Of a DNA stretch of 57,340 nt, positions 37,309 through 48,800 are shown one piece after another (positions within the stretch are counted from its first letter, which is position 1; the number at the start of each line of letters is the position of its first letter). The notes beneath the pieces are model-generated. The model saw only the letters and a program-made list of their open reading frames with translations. It made no database searches and was not told the origin of the DNA. This DNA comes from Phoronis australis (Eukaryota; Animalia; Phoronida). The position numbers were made by a program, and so were the translations under genes. The stretch lies in NCBI GenBank assembly GCA_002633005.1, contig NMRA01001094.1:1-57340 (forward strand). The letters run 5' to 3'.

Positions 37309-39378
37309 CTCTGTTCATAAGTTTGGGAAGTGATCGCCAGAGGTCGCGACAAGAATTGCAGTCGCCAAGAATTATTTACGGCTTGACTATCGTTAATAAG
37401 AAATTTCACCAACGTTTTTAAATGTTAAAAGATGCTTACTAATACAAATTAATTTACATTTGCAGATATTGTAAGTCCTTGGGCTTGGTCAGAATTTATG
37501 GCACCATTAGTTTTTAAGCGTCGCTGGTGTCTTGATTGTTGTTGTTGAGGAGGATGTTGTTGGTGTTTTTTTACTCCTCTGATGCGCCAGTGACATTGGC
37601 AGCATACTTAAATATGCTAACAGGCAACCAATGAGTGAGGATGAAAACCATAACGTAGAATTGTCGTGAGTAGTTGACAGGGATCTCAGGGGTCTCACAC
37701 TCCACTGATTTATCCACATTATTTTGAAAACGCTTTGCCCAGTCACACATTGTGTGTCATAAAAGAGAAAAACACACCAGTAGCTGACGCAGCAAGTAGA
37801 ACTACTATCGTTTATCACATTGGTGTAGGCTCACTGTTGAACTGTGGTTTTCTGTTGACCCCAGACCGTCCGGAGTTGCACCATATACCAATTCCGGACG
37901 GTCTCTCACGACAATTTAGCGTTATGTTTTCAACGGATTTCAAACTATTTCCAGCAGTGTAAGCAATGAATATAAAGGGAACTCTCGAACTTAATTGTCT
38001 AAAACTTTACTGAAAGCAGTAGAGCAACAGGAATATACAATGTACAGTTACGCTGGTAGTTCAGTAAATTTCGGATGTATGGAAAATTGTCCATTTTCAT
38101 TTTTGAAACATCTCCACCAAGCGAATTATTGGGTTTAATACTGGCGTAGACTTGTTCCGAAGCGACCTCGATACATTTAACACTGGCTCGCTAAATTAAC
38201 TTGATAATTATTTGTTGGATGCGAAAATGTATCGAATTTCGTTCGCTGAAAACGTCCCAAGATATTTTTGAAAAATTCCTCCTTCTACCGAGTTCAATTG
38301 GGAAAATTTGATGATAACATGTCTTATTCACGAGGAAAGTACACCTTTTTATTTGGATTTCCAAGAATGTCCTCGTGAATTCAGGAATTTTGCGCAAAGC
38401 ATGTCGTTTTCAAATTGGCAACAATGTGTACTCTCTACCAGTAAAAGTGTGGTGACATGTCAGTGATAGCAACCCGACGCTATAGGCCACTGACAAGCCA
38501 ACTCAGTCATATTCATATGGTACTACCATGCAAGCTTATCAGTGGCATTGACATCTGCAAATTCAACGAGTGGTTGAAAACTGAAGTGCTTGTGAAGAAT
38601 CTAATCTCCACGACTCTTGTTTGGTCATTGTGTACGGAGTAAGGGGGGGGGGGAGAGATGGGGGAGGGGGTGATTAACTGTAAGTCACCTTTTCTTGAAG
38701 GTCATCTTAATTATCGTCGAGTTGACTCCACCTTAGCATCATTTTAGCAAGATTTCCTGAACTTGCATTGCAAGGTCGTCGTCCACTAAGGTGGTTTCAA
38801 GCGCACCTCAGCACCACTTTATTTCTGAAGTGTTGGAAATGCAAGTCCCGATGTGCGATAACTTGTAATGAGCATGCACTTATTCTTGAATTTGTCATTG
38901 TTTATGTAAAATTCAACATTACTGTTGTCAAATTCGTTATTCTTATTGTTCATTTCATGTTTTATTACTATTTATTTCCGTAACAGACCATTATTTTGTC
39001 ATTATTATTATTGTAATTGCTTCTATTTTAATTATTATAGTTCTCATTATCATTATCATTTTTAATACTTTATTTTTATTAGCATTATTCCTCTTTACGT
39101 GCATTTTCAGGCTCATGTGTCAACATTCAAAATAATGCATTTCATATGACCGTAGCCCAGTCATTGGGAGACCGGGACCGGCTGAGTGGTTGTGGTAGTT
39201 GGACAATGCTTTTGTACATCAACAGGTGTCTCTGTCATCAACAGGTGTCGCTGTCCACCCTTGATAAATGCTCATAAGTTAGTGAGCTCTTATTGTACAT
39301 GTGTATTTACTGGTGCCTTCGAAGAAAACCGACGTCGGCGTGGTATACTAGCCTACAGAGTACACAGAGCTGCTTTCA

Positions 39379-40569
39379 ATGGCGAACAACACTTTGAGCA
39401 AATTGGATATTGTTCTACCATTTTGTAGTTTTTATGAAAGTAAAAAGTTCTTCAATGATGTCGTTAAAATCTTAAAAGAAGCAAAGGCTGATCCAGAAAC
39501 CCCCGTCCTTGTATTGGAAGGTATAGCAAGCATTGAAAAGGTAGTGCGCAGTCGGCAATTTTCTCTTGATTGGACTACAAAGGAATATTTCGAAGAAGTT
39601 TTGGAGGAATGGCATGAGAATCTTAAACCGGCCGACATCGAACTGACCAACACATTCGATGTCTTTGACTTCGACAGAAGTCTCGTTAAGGAAACGATTA
39701 AAGAGTCATCTTCAATCAATGTGTTAGACCTCTTGGGATCCTTTTCATCTGAAGGCAAGAAAAAAGCCCTGTTTAGCCAGGCACACCCGCTTGTTGCTGT
39801 GCTTATGCTTCAGGGACTTCACTGCATCGAAAACCAATATGCTCCGGGAAGAATGCGTCTTAACTATTGCCGCTTAACCGAGTCATTCAGAGAAATTCTA
39901 GAAAAATGTCGTAACATTTTCCAGTGTGACTACGGTAAACGTGTTTTCCATCGTATTCTGATTCCTGAAATTCTTCGCGCTCTCACCATTTTTACAACCC
40001 TTGAGGTTCCCTTATTTATAGATGAATACGGCGAGAAGAGGCCTCTTGACCATTATAATCAAACCGTGGCGATAATTATTAATAGCGAAACACCGATATG
40101 CCATGTAACTCATGAGGAGGAAGCAAAACAGATAATGCAGGATGGAAAACTGCAACCAAGTAACAATAAAAATTGTCTCAAAGGAGTGTGGTTTGGAATA
40201 TATGAACAATACCCCAATGGATGCGTTTATGGGTCACGTGGTTTTGTAACTACCCTCTCTTGTCTAGGCGTAACTGACCTTCGTCAGGGTGAGATCGTCG
40301 AATACAAGAACGAAAGAAACGTGATCCTGTACGCTACAGATTCCACCGATGCCAGCAATGGTGATTTCACGGCCTTAATGAAGCCGAGTGAGACCGAAGT
40401 AAATAAAGCAAACCCCAACGCATACGTATCGGTATCTATATTCGTACCAGAGCGGTTTATCAAGCGGTTGAACATTGAAGACACTAACCAGTGCACCGTT
40501 GTCGAGGTATTGCATGGACCTTTTTGTGTGAAGCAGAAGAGATCCAATTTCGTCTGCAACGAGCTATGA
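39379..40569 (+). CDS. Intron-nested 396-aa protein with uninterrupted CDS: helical N-terminal region + putative ADP-ribosyltransferase-fold C-terminal domain
   Basis: Longest intact ORF in the window (ATG to TGA). A splice acceptor (tgcattttcag, ends 39110) lies upstream and AATAAA lies at 40811. Motifs: CHVTHEEEAKQIMQDGKLQPS, GVWFG, VYGS, YKNERNVILY. The CDS call is strong; the domain call is inference. Confidence 0.85.
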   Translation: MANNTLSKLDIVLPFCSFYESKKFFNDVVKILKEAKADPETPVLVLEGIASIEKVVRSRQFSLDWTTKEYFEEVLEEWHENLKPADIELTNTFDVFDFDRSLVKETIKESSSINVLDLLGSFSSEGKKKALFSQAHPLVAVLMLQGLHCIENQYAPGRMRLNYCRLTESFREILEKCRNIFQCDYGKRVFHRILIPEILRALTIFTTLEVPLFIDEYGEKRPLDHYNQTVAIIINSETPICHVTHEEEAKQIMQDGKLQPSNNKNCLKGVWFGIYEQYPNGCVYGSRGFVTTLSCLGVTDLRQGEIVEYKNERNVILYATDSTDASNGDFTALMKPSETEVNKANPNAYVSVSIFVPERFIKRLNIEDTNQCTVVEVLHGPFCVKQKRSNFVCNEL

Positions 40570-43051
40570 ACATGTAGACTTGCGTAGCCATTGATGGCAC
40601 TGAAGAGGTGGAACCGACATGGTGATGTGTGTTTTCGACCGCTAAGGTGGGATAGGTTCGTCCACACAGGCGTAGCCAGAATTATTGAACACGCCAAACG
40701 CGAAATTATTGGTTACATGAGAATTTTGTAAAACTGAGTGACTTCCGCGGGCACTTTGCTTCAGGGTGATATTAAAATTAGAATTTTCAACAGGGGAAGG
40801 ACTTTTTTGCAATAAACATTGTCTCCATGGTGCTATCGTCTCCCTCGTGGTTACGCCACTAGACGTTTGTCCCAAGGGACACATGGACTTGGGAAGAGCT
40901 TATTATTCGTAAGTTCTTCAATCCGTTTTAAGTCTAGGATTTGGCTAGAAAGTTTTGGACTTAAGTGAAACAAAGTTTAAGATTATTTTGCGCTCCAATG
41001 AGGACTTCTAACAAGTGTTTATCGGCGGTCTGTCTAAGCCCTCCACTTGTTACTGTACACAGGATTTCGCCTCAATTCAGGAATTTAACCAAGTATGGTC
41101 ACTATGGTGCTGATGTTATAGAGAAGAAATTCCTCTAACATTGATAGTGACCCTCGGAAAGATTTTTGAAAGTGTAATCTCCTTCAGATCTTGATTAAAC
41201 ATCAAGAATCATATTCATTTTCCTAACCAAATCTTATCGTTGGGCAGTGAAATGGAGACCGCGGGGGGAGTATTTTACATGGACTGGTTCCACGGAAGCA
41301 TACATGCATTAAAGGACTAATTGTTTTCCCATAGGGCAATATTTTAAGTTGCAGATTTATCAGAGATGTCTTAGATATCAAAAGTAGCTTCGTAGAATTT
41401 AGTAGTTTTCCCTTAGTAGCTGTTAAATAGCAAAGGAAATGTGGTACTGGCAGAGGTTTACACTTTAATATTGTCATATGATGCTAACATTTTTAAGGAA
41501 ATTGGCAAGTTGTGGGAGAGGGTGTCGACATATTTGTACCCAATTTAGCTATCGTTCCGAGATTCAAAGTCGGAAGCAGAATAGTGTAAGGAAAAGCAAA
41601 TAATCATTCTTGGGAAGATATCTACACTACCTTTCCTTCAACACAACCCTAGACTTGGGTGGTTTCAATTTACGTTCTTGACTAGAATTTAGACATTAAT
41701 TCTTAAAAAACTAATTCAAACTAAAAACAAAAACTCTTGATGATTTTGTAGACAATCTAAAAGGACTTTGAAGCACATATTTTGGGACTGTGAAACAGTT
41801 TAAAGAAAGGAAATTCTTTATGTGTTGCGTCACTCTCCTACAATAATGTTAAACTGAACTTTTCTGATGAACTAAAGACTTTCGAAAACATCATTTTACT
41901 ATTGAAATTCAAATGAGCGCATTGATAAATTCCCGATTGAACTGTAGTATTTTAGAGAAACAGTACTATATCTCCATTTTGTTTGACTTGATGTATAAAT
42001 ATTGTTTGCTAGTTCTGAGGCGTCCAAACTCAGACTATACTTACTTGGGCCCTCAATGAATAAAAAAACTAAAAATTTAGATCTTTTAGAAAAGAGATGG
42101 TGTAACTTTGTAACTATTTAGTAGTCAGCAGGATTAGGTGTGCGTGTGTGCGTGACTGTGTGTCCATTTATAAATGTGTTTTTTTTCTTTCAATAAAGGT
42201 ATAAAAATAAAACAGAAGCTTAGCTGAGTCCCAATTAAGTTTCGCTTTGTCTTGAGTCATATCTCAGCGTTGTCAAAATGACGACCCAATACATTCGTCA
42301 GGGAAGAAATATAACCCAACACGGGGTTTATCGAGATCGACTTGAATAAAATTCAGAATGGACAAGGCCACAGCCCACACACTTTCCACTAATTTGATCA
42401 GAACTGAAACCAGGGACTCTGCTGGAGCTGAGTTACGGCAAACATAAGATTTATCATGAAACTGTCTAGAGCTCAACATTTGTCATGGCTAAGTTTTCTT
42501 GGACCCTGCCCCTGATAAATATAGTTGCTCGACGAAGCGGGTCATTTTATGTTCCGCTCCAATGTCCAACGAACAAAGAATCTTTTAAAACCTTTCTGAG
42601 TTTGTTATCGTGTTCCATTTCGTTTCAATTTCCTTCTATTTTTAACCATGTTCACACCTCTACGGAAACTATCACACGGTTTTCACTCACCAAGTATTTG
42701 CACCTCTGTCGACGTCGGGTACATTGCGGAGTCTGTTAACCCGCGCTTCGTCTTTGGAACTGAAATTAACGCAAGGTTAAAATATTGACAACGTGCCCCT
42801 AAATTATTTTTTGTTTATTTTTTGCCACACCCGATACAATTTACATATAAAGCGCAAATTTCCAAAACCTTTTAGGCACTTTGAATATCACAATTATGTT
42901 GATGTTATTTGCATGCAATTTCACAAAAAATCATTTTTAATGAAGCACACGCGAGGTTTGTGTGAAAACTGTTCAGCCATATTTGTATGATTATGATGCA
43001 TTGTCTCCGAAAATTTGGCGTAACCCCCGGAAATTAAACAAGATAAACTAC

Positions 43052-43220
43052 CATGTGACTTCATGACGACCGGTTTCTTTCCTTCCTGGTGAATATACGG
43101 TGTGTAATCATCGTAGGTGCGCCGACTGGCGGTCATAAGGTTATCCATGTACTCTCTGACTGCCTCTTTCACGACCTTGGGGTCTACTTTGGCCATTTTT
43201 CCTTTGAGGTTCACGAAGTC
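43052..43220 (-). CDS. Host gene coding exon 2: DFVNLKGKMAKVDPKVVKEAVREYMDNLMTASRRTYDDYTPYIHQEGKKPVVMKSH
   Basis: Strong acceptor tctccccctcttctacag (phase 0), donor G|gtagtt (phase 1), 169 nt. Confidence 0.85.
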
Positions 43221-45190
43221 CTGTAGAAGAGGGGGAGAAAGAGATTCATAATTATAGATTTACAAAATCGAAGAATTAGTCTTATTTATTAATAAATAAA
43301 AGTATAACAACAGCTGTACATGGTAATGTGTTAGTCATTTTAAAAAAGCTGTAGTAAGAATAGACGGAGCTATCATCACAAAATTCAGCGGGCAACGGAC
43401 GAACTGTATTCATTCAGACCATTCAACGATTAAAAACACGTTTTTTCACCACTATTCTGCACAGCAAATGTCTCAGTCACCTTTGCCTATACTTCATGTA
43501 ACCAGCATGATTGTCTTCGTTGAAAAACGTTTTTAATTTCAAGCCATCAGCAACATATACATGTACACGTACATATATGACGTAGTCCCAGTCTAACTGT
43601 GAAGGTGAATCGTTCCAGAGTACTGTAGATGTTTCGGTTCGTAGACTTTGTACAGTATGTGTGTGCACAAAACCTATAACCTAACGTCATGGCGCTCCAT
43701 CGCGACCCGTCGTTACCACGATTGTGAATTGTGAAAGTGTTAATAACGCGCCGATTTAAAACCAAAATTGCCTTGACAACAGCAATGAAACCATCAGACG
43801 TGATCGATTGAGCAAACATAGCGACTGCTCAGTTGAAACACAAGTATTACTGTTTTGAATGCCAAGAACGGCTTCATCTGTTTTCATGCATGTTTGCAAG
43901 TAGGATAAGCCAGATCTGCGTTACCCTTATAGAATACATGTAGCAATGACTGTAGGATTACTCTAGTTTTGAAGTCAATCAAATTAAATGAAGCCTACTG
44001 AAGAGTCGCACATTCAGAAATACTCGCTCAAGGCGTTTCTAAACCTTCATATGATAATACGCTTATTTGACGAAAGATTAGGCGAGATGTGTTCCCTTTG
44101 GTGGAGGTTTCAGACATTGAAAAATGACGAGATTATCGCCAATTTCTGACACGTTTGAAAACTGATAAGTACAGTCGCTGACATTTTCAAAGCGATAAAG
44201 ATTTCTGCAAATTGAATTTACAGCTGAAGCAAACGAAGTATTTTCTGTGAACTTCCACACTACATGTTGATACTAATAGGGAACAAGAGACTCCTTACTC
44301 TAATTCGCCAGTTTAAAACATACACATAAAATGTCTCGTAAATGACAATCCTGTATTTTCGGGTCATTACTGCCTGTGGCGTAGCAAAGTGTTATAAAGA
44401 AATTGTCACTTGAATATTCTTCATTAAATTTCAACAATTTCTGTATGTTTGAAAGAAAGTGGAGAATACCTTGTACAGCAAATCACTTTGATTTTGATTT
44501 GTTTGAAATACATGTAAACATAAAATTATCGGAAAGCTTGATATAGGGCATTTTTCTAAAAGGCAACTTATTTCAAAAAAACATTAGTATGTAAGGTTGG
44601 TATAGGTACAAGTACACTTGTACATCAACTGTGAGCCTGTGGCAGACTACGCAGATTTACATTTCCAATCTATGCAAAATAAGTAAACGTTTATTAAGTA
44701 TTCCAACTGTAACATGAAAAGACAATATTTTTTGGTACTGGAAACAAACATACGGTGAACATCTGGAGCAAACGTTTAGCTGGAGTATTCAGTCCAACCC
44801 GCCTACATTGAAACATTAAGATCACAGTCCGCCCTGCTGAGCTGGCTAAAAGACAAAAATCGAACTGGGCTGCATTTTACTGTCATAAAATCCGTCTCAT
44901 AATGTTCCTTACGGCAATTGGGTTCTATTTCCGTTACCAACAAGAACAACGAAACCATCATCGACCCAGGAAACGTGCCAGCCTTAAAAGTGAGAAGACG
45001 AAAATGACGCACGTGTACATTGCCAGTCCGTAATTTGAGTTGGTGAACCATGACAGTAATTAAGGAATAAAAGAACACCCATTTTATGATAGTAAAAACG
45101 TTCTAATTAGATTTTCATTTTTAACAATCTATGCAAGAAGGGGTGCAACGCTGAAAGTCTTTTTCGGTTGAGCAGTAGGCCTATACTCAC

Positions 45191-45337
45191 CTCGTGTGGA
45201 TGGGGGTTGTTCCTGCGGCCCGGTTCAATTGGAGCAACCTTGGCCTGGTCCACTAAGTACCCCCGGTTAAAGCAGAAGTCATCCTGGTAATTTGTGGTGA
45301 AAGGGGTCTTGCCCTTGAACAGGCGGGGGGCCGGCAT
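45191..45337 (-). CDS. Host gene coding exon 1: MPAPRLFKGKTPFTTNYQDDFCFNRGYLVDQAKVAPIEPGRRNNPHPHE (uncharacterised, probably ciliary; 419 aa in total)
   Basis: ATG in gtcATGc context, donor GAG|gtgagt (phase 0). An acceptor (gattcttgcag, AG at 45360-45359) just upstream implies a non-coding 5' exon. Confidence 0.87.
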
Positions 45338-45799
45338 GACGTAAGTCTAGGCTAGGAGCTGCAAGAATCAAGTTCAAATGTAAGGGGACCTGCCGGGATG
45401 AATAGGTTTTTTCACGGACCTGTTCCCTAGTGTGCCGCTAGAGTTCGCTGTCAACATGATCACATTTGGAGTTTCAATACACAAAGGTTTACACACACTT
45501 AAACAACTATAAACGCGTGACCTTATCAAGGATGCATCCTATACATACGTAAGCCTGGATGTCCATTATCTAACAGGTTACAAGGTACCATAGGTGGATT
45601 TACGGGAGTTGGGCCTAAGACGACCAAAAAGCCGTTGACACGGTGATTTTACAGCCTATACGCGGGAGTTTTCCTTCGAAAAATGTGGTTGGACCCCTTT
45701 CACGACATGCTAGATCCGCCAGTGGTTCCCTATAGTTTTCTATCTACACATTATTATATTCGAGTATCTCCTGGGTGGTGTCTAATCAGTGTTTGTTCA

Positions 45800-45895
45800 T
45801 TTACCTTGGGGCTACAGTTGACTTAAAGTATTTGCTCACTGGATACCTGTTCATCGTCTCGTGTTTACTTGTTCGTGTCGTTACCATCTAACTGT
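45800..45895 (-). promoter_or_regulatory. Candidate promoter / 5' UTR exon of the host gene, with forkhead and RFX X-box-like motifs
   Basis: Donor AAG|gtaaat at 45804, forkhead core TGTTTAC at 45862-45868, and GTTACCATCTAAC at 45880-45892 (one perfect X-box half-site). Confidence 0.45.
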
Positions 45896-48800
45896 GTCAC
45901 GCCACATCACCGTCACGCAATATCTTCATGCATGTACACGATAGCGAATTTGAAGGTTTTTACCTCATAATCTCAGGGTGAAAATAATACATGGATCTAC
46001 TGTACTGAAAGACTTGTTCAGACGGCAATCAATGTCAACAATTACATTTTCCACTGTCCGCTGCATTGAAGTGCCTTAATCGCATGCATAAGAGAAGATC
46101 AGAAACCGCTTTACCAGAATTTTTTGTTTGAAACATGTTTACAGTGACGATCGATAGTATTTGCTATCTGAATACTTGACTTCGCGATAGCAGGTTGTTT
46201 AAGATGCACCATGAGAGGGAACACACCGCGCCCAGGGACTATATATGTGCTACATGTACGGCCAATGTACTGTAACCAGCATTGTGGAGGATTTATCACG
46301 ATTCGTGAAACATTTTCACATCCGTGAACCGTAACCCAACGCCCATAGTGACTCTCATATTCCATTTTGGGCTGTGGTGAATCATGATACTCGTGAGAAT
46401 TCGAGAAGGAGGGCGAGAATTGGGACTGAACTAACAAACCACTTAACCGTGTCATTCACACATCGATTATCTTTTAGTCTATTTTTTTGTACCTTGACAC
46501 TATTAGCCGTCCTAATTTTGATTCATATCTTCGTCTATCTCTATCTTCAGTATTTTTATATTTACTGTGGTCTATCCTAATGATTTTGATAAATCAATTA
46601 ACGAACGAAATAATAATTGGGGATCGGGGGCTGTTGTGAACTGTGACTTAGAAAAAATGCCACAGTGAAGCGCGGAATCGATGACAACGTCACATCCCAG
46701 TTTGAAACCTCACTTGATCCCTCCTCCTCCCATAACTAGACTTGTCAACGAGCGTTCATTTTTTGAGACAGTCTAAAAGTAGATTGTTACATGGGTCTAT
46801 TAGGGAGTGGAAAATCTCATATAAAACATGAAATATACAGTGAAATATATACACGGGTAAATAAAATACTTGCACATGAAATTACGCTGCAGTGTCTCCC
46901 GACTTATTGTCATCAAAGTCGTCGTGTGAACTGAGCAAACAATAAGAAGAGCTAACTGACACGAATTACACGGTATAAACAATATCAAGAAAAATATAAC
47001 AAAATGTGAAAATTTGCAATCATAATATACTGCAAAGATGCGCGGAAAAATATAATCATCTTCACCATTTAAAACAGTAGTGCCATGGCGGTTAAAAACT
47101 TTGTTTTTACTTTAGTTTTCAAAATGGGAGAGACTGATTGGTCTGCATAATGTGTTATGGTTAAGTTATTTGACAGTTTAGTCTTAGTTACACGAAGGTG
47201 TTGTACCTTTGGCTACCGTCGGGTAGAATGGAAACCAAAGTGCTGGCTGGAACAAATGTTTAGGCTATGGAAGTACTGTATATGGACAGCAAGAAACTAT
47301 CCGATAGGCCACTATGTAGATGCATCACTCAGCAATCGGTAAACACTAATTGCCTTTTCCCACACGCTACCACAAGATATAAAAAGAATCACAAAAGTAC
47401 GGGCTTTTGGAGGTTGGCTCAGAATTCATAACAAAAGATGTATTCCTGCTAAGTGTAATTATAAGATGGTTCGTACGTGTATACAGTGTACATGTACGTT
47501 GAGGAGGCTCTGGTAGAACAGTGGCCATTCCTGGCTATACTGAATACGAGGTCCGCTAATGGACTCTTGGGATGTAGTCATTTGAACATCAGCATGACCC
47601 AAGTTCTCAACCCTGCAGCGCTGCACGTGAATTGAACCTGTGAAATTGACGGTAGAAGTTTTTCATCACGAAACTCGGGTATATTCTGTCAGCATTACAC
47701 GTGCAATAAACGGCTCATCCCGCGAGACTATAAACCTGTAACATGTTTCCTGTTTTGAATATATTTACGTTGAGTATTTGTGGATCAGACATAAAACTTC
47801 TTCGGCCACTCAGTTCGCAACGACTGATAGGAGGACCGAAATAAATAGAAGGGGGCTTCACGTGTAAGTCGATAAACAAGTGACTCATGTGCATGAAACA
47901 AATTGAATAAAACAGGTATTGAACCGCTATTTCGCGTGGCCATCAGTTAAAAAAGTGCCGTGAGATTCCTTTGAATTCTACATACCTGTCTAGTTTAAAA
48001 TGCTTGGCAAGTGACTGTCAGAAAACTCCTTCTCTTTCCCAGCTTCGGACACACGCTTCGACCTAATTCGCTCTTTAGCAGTGTATTTAGTGATATAGAT
48101 TGTTTGCCGGTATTCATTCGTCCTCTAATATGCACAATGGGTTACAATACTAAACGTCCACCTATGAAAACAGAGACGTTTGGCGGAATAATGGCAACAT
48201 TCACGGTGTCGAGCCTTGACAACCATTATGGCGTCCCCCGTATGACCCCAGAGGTCGTTGCTAGGAATTATATGTTCAACAGTGAATTAAATTTGTTGTA
48301 ATATTTGTTTTGTTGGCACTAAGCGATAGCGTAACTAAAATCGATGATCCCTTTTTTGAAAAGGCAGCGGATTTTTCTCACCTTAGCCAATGAATATTAC
48401 GGTTTGAAACAGACAGGGGTTAGATTTAGTCGCGAATAATTTGTTAACGGGAGAATAATGGTAGACAAGTACAATCGAAGTGTGAACTGCATACTCTTGT
48501 ATGAGTGTCACTCACGTGCCTCTACAAGCCAGTCAGTTTAAGGGGCTGTGGACAATGAAATTTATGTTTTGGATAGATCTTGGATATCCGAACAAATTTT
48601 AAAATCACTCGATTGGGCTTTTTTCATTTTTCGTTCTAAAAAATGCCCAAACGTTGCGTGTTCGACGGTTTTTAAACGAATGTCTTTGTATCTTCGTTAC
48701 ATTTAAAATGGTTTCAAGAAAGATAATTAATGGGTATCAACATTTTAGGGACCTTAATGCTGTCTGACATATCCATATCACTATTTCACCCGTTGAACGT

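Noticed and set aside
37855-37915. Minus-strand RPELVYGATPDGL resembling the YqaJ exonuclease GASPDG motif
   Set aside because: Too short, flanked by stops, no E-x-K motif follows, and it is explained by the DNA hairpin.
39432-40697. Minus-strand ORFs (108, 65 and 137 aa) overlapping the nested gene
   Set aside because: Antisense shadows of the 396-aa CDS. I did not find them needed for, or supported as, exons of the host gene.
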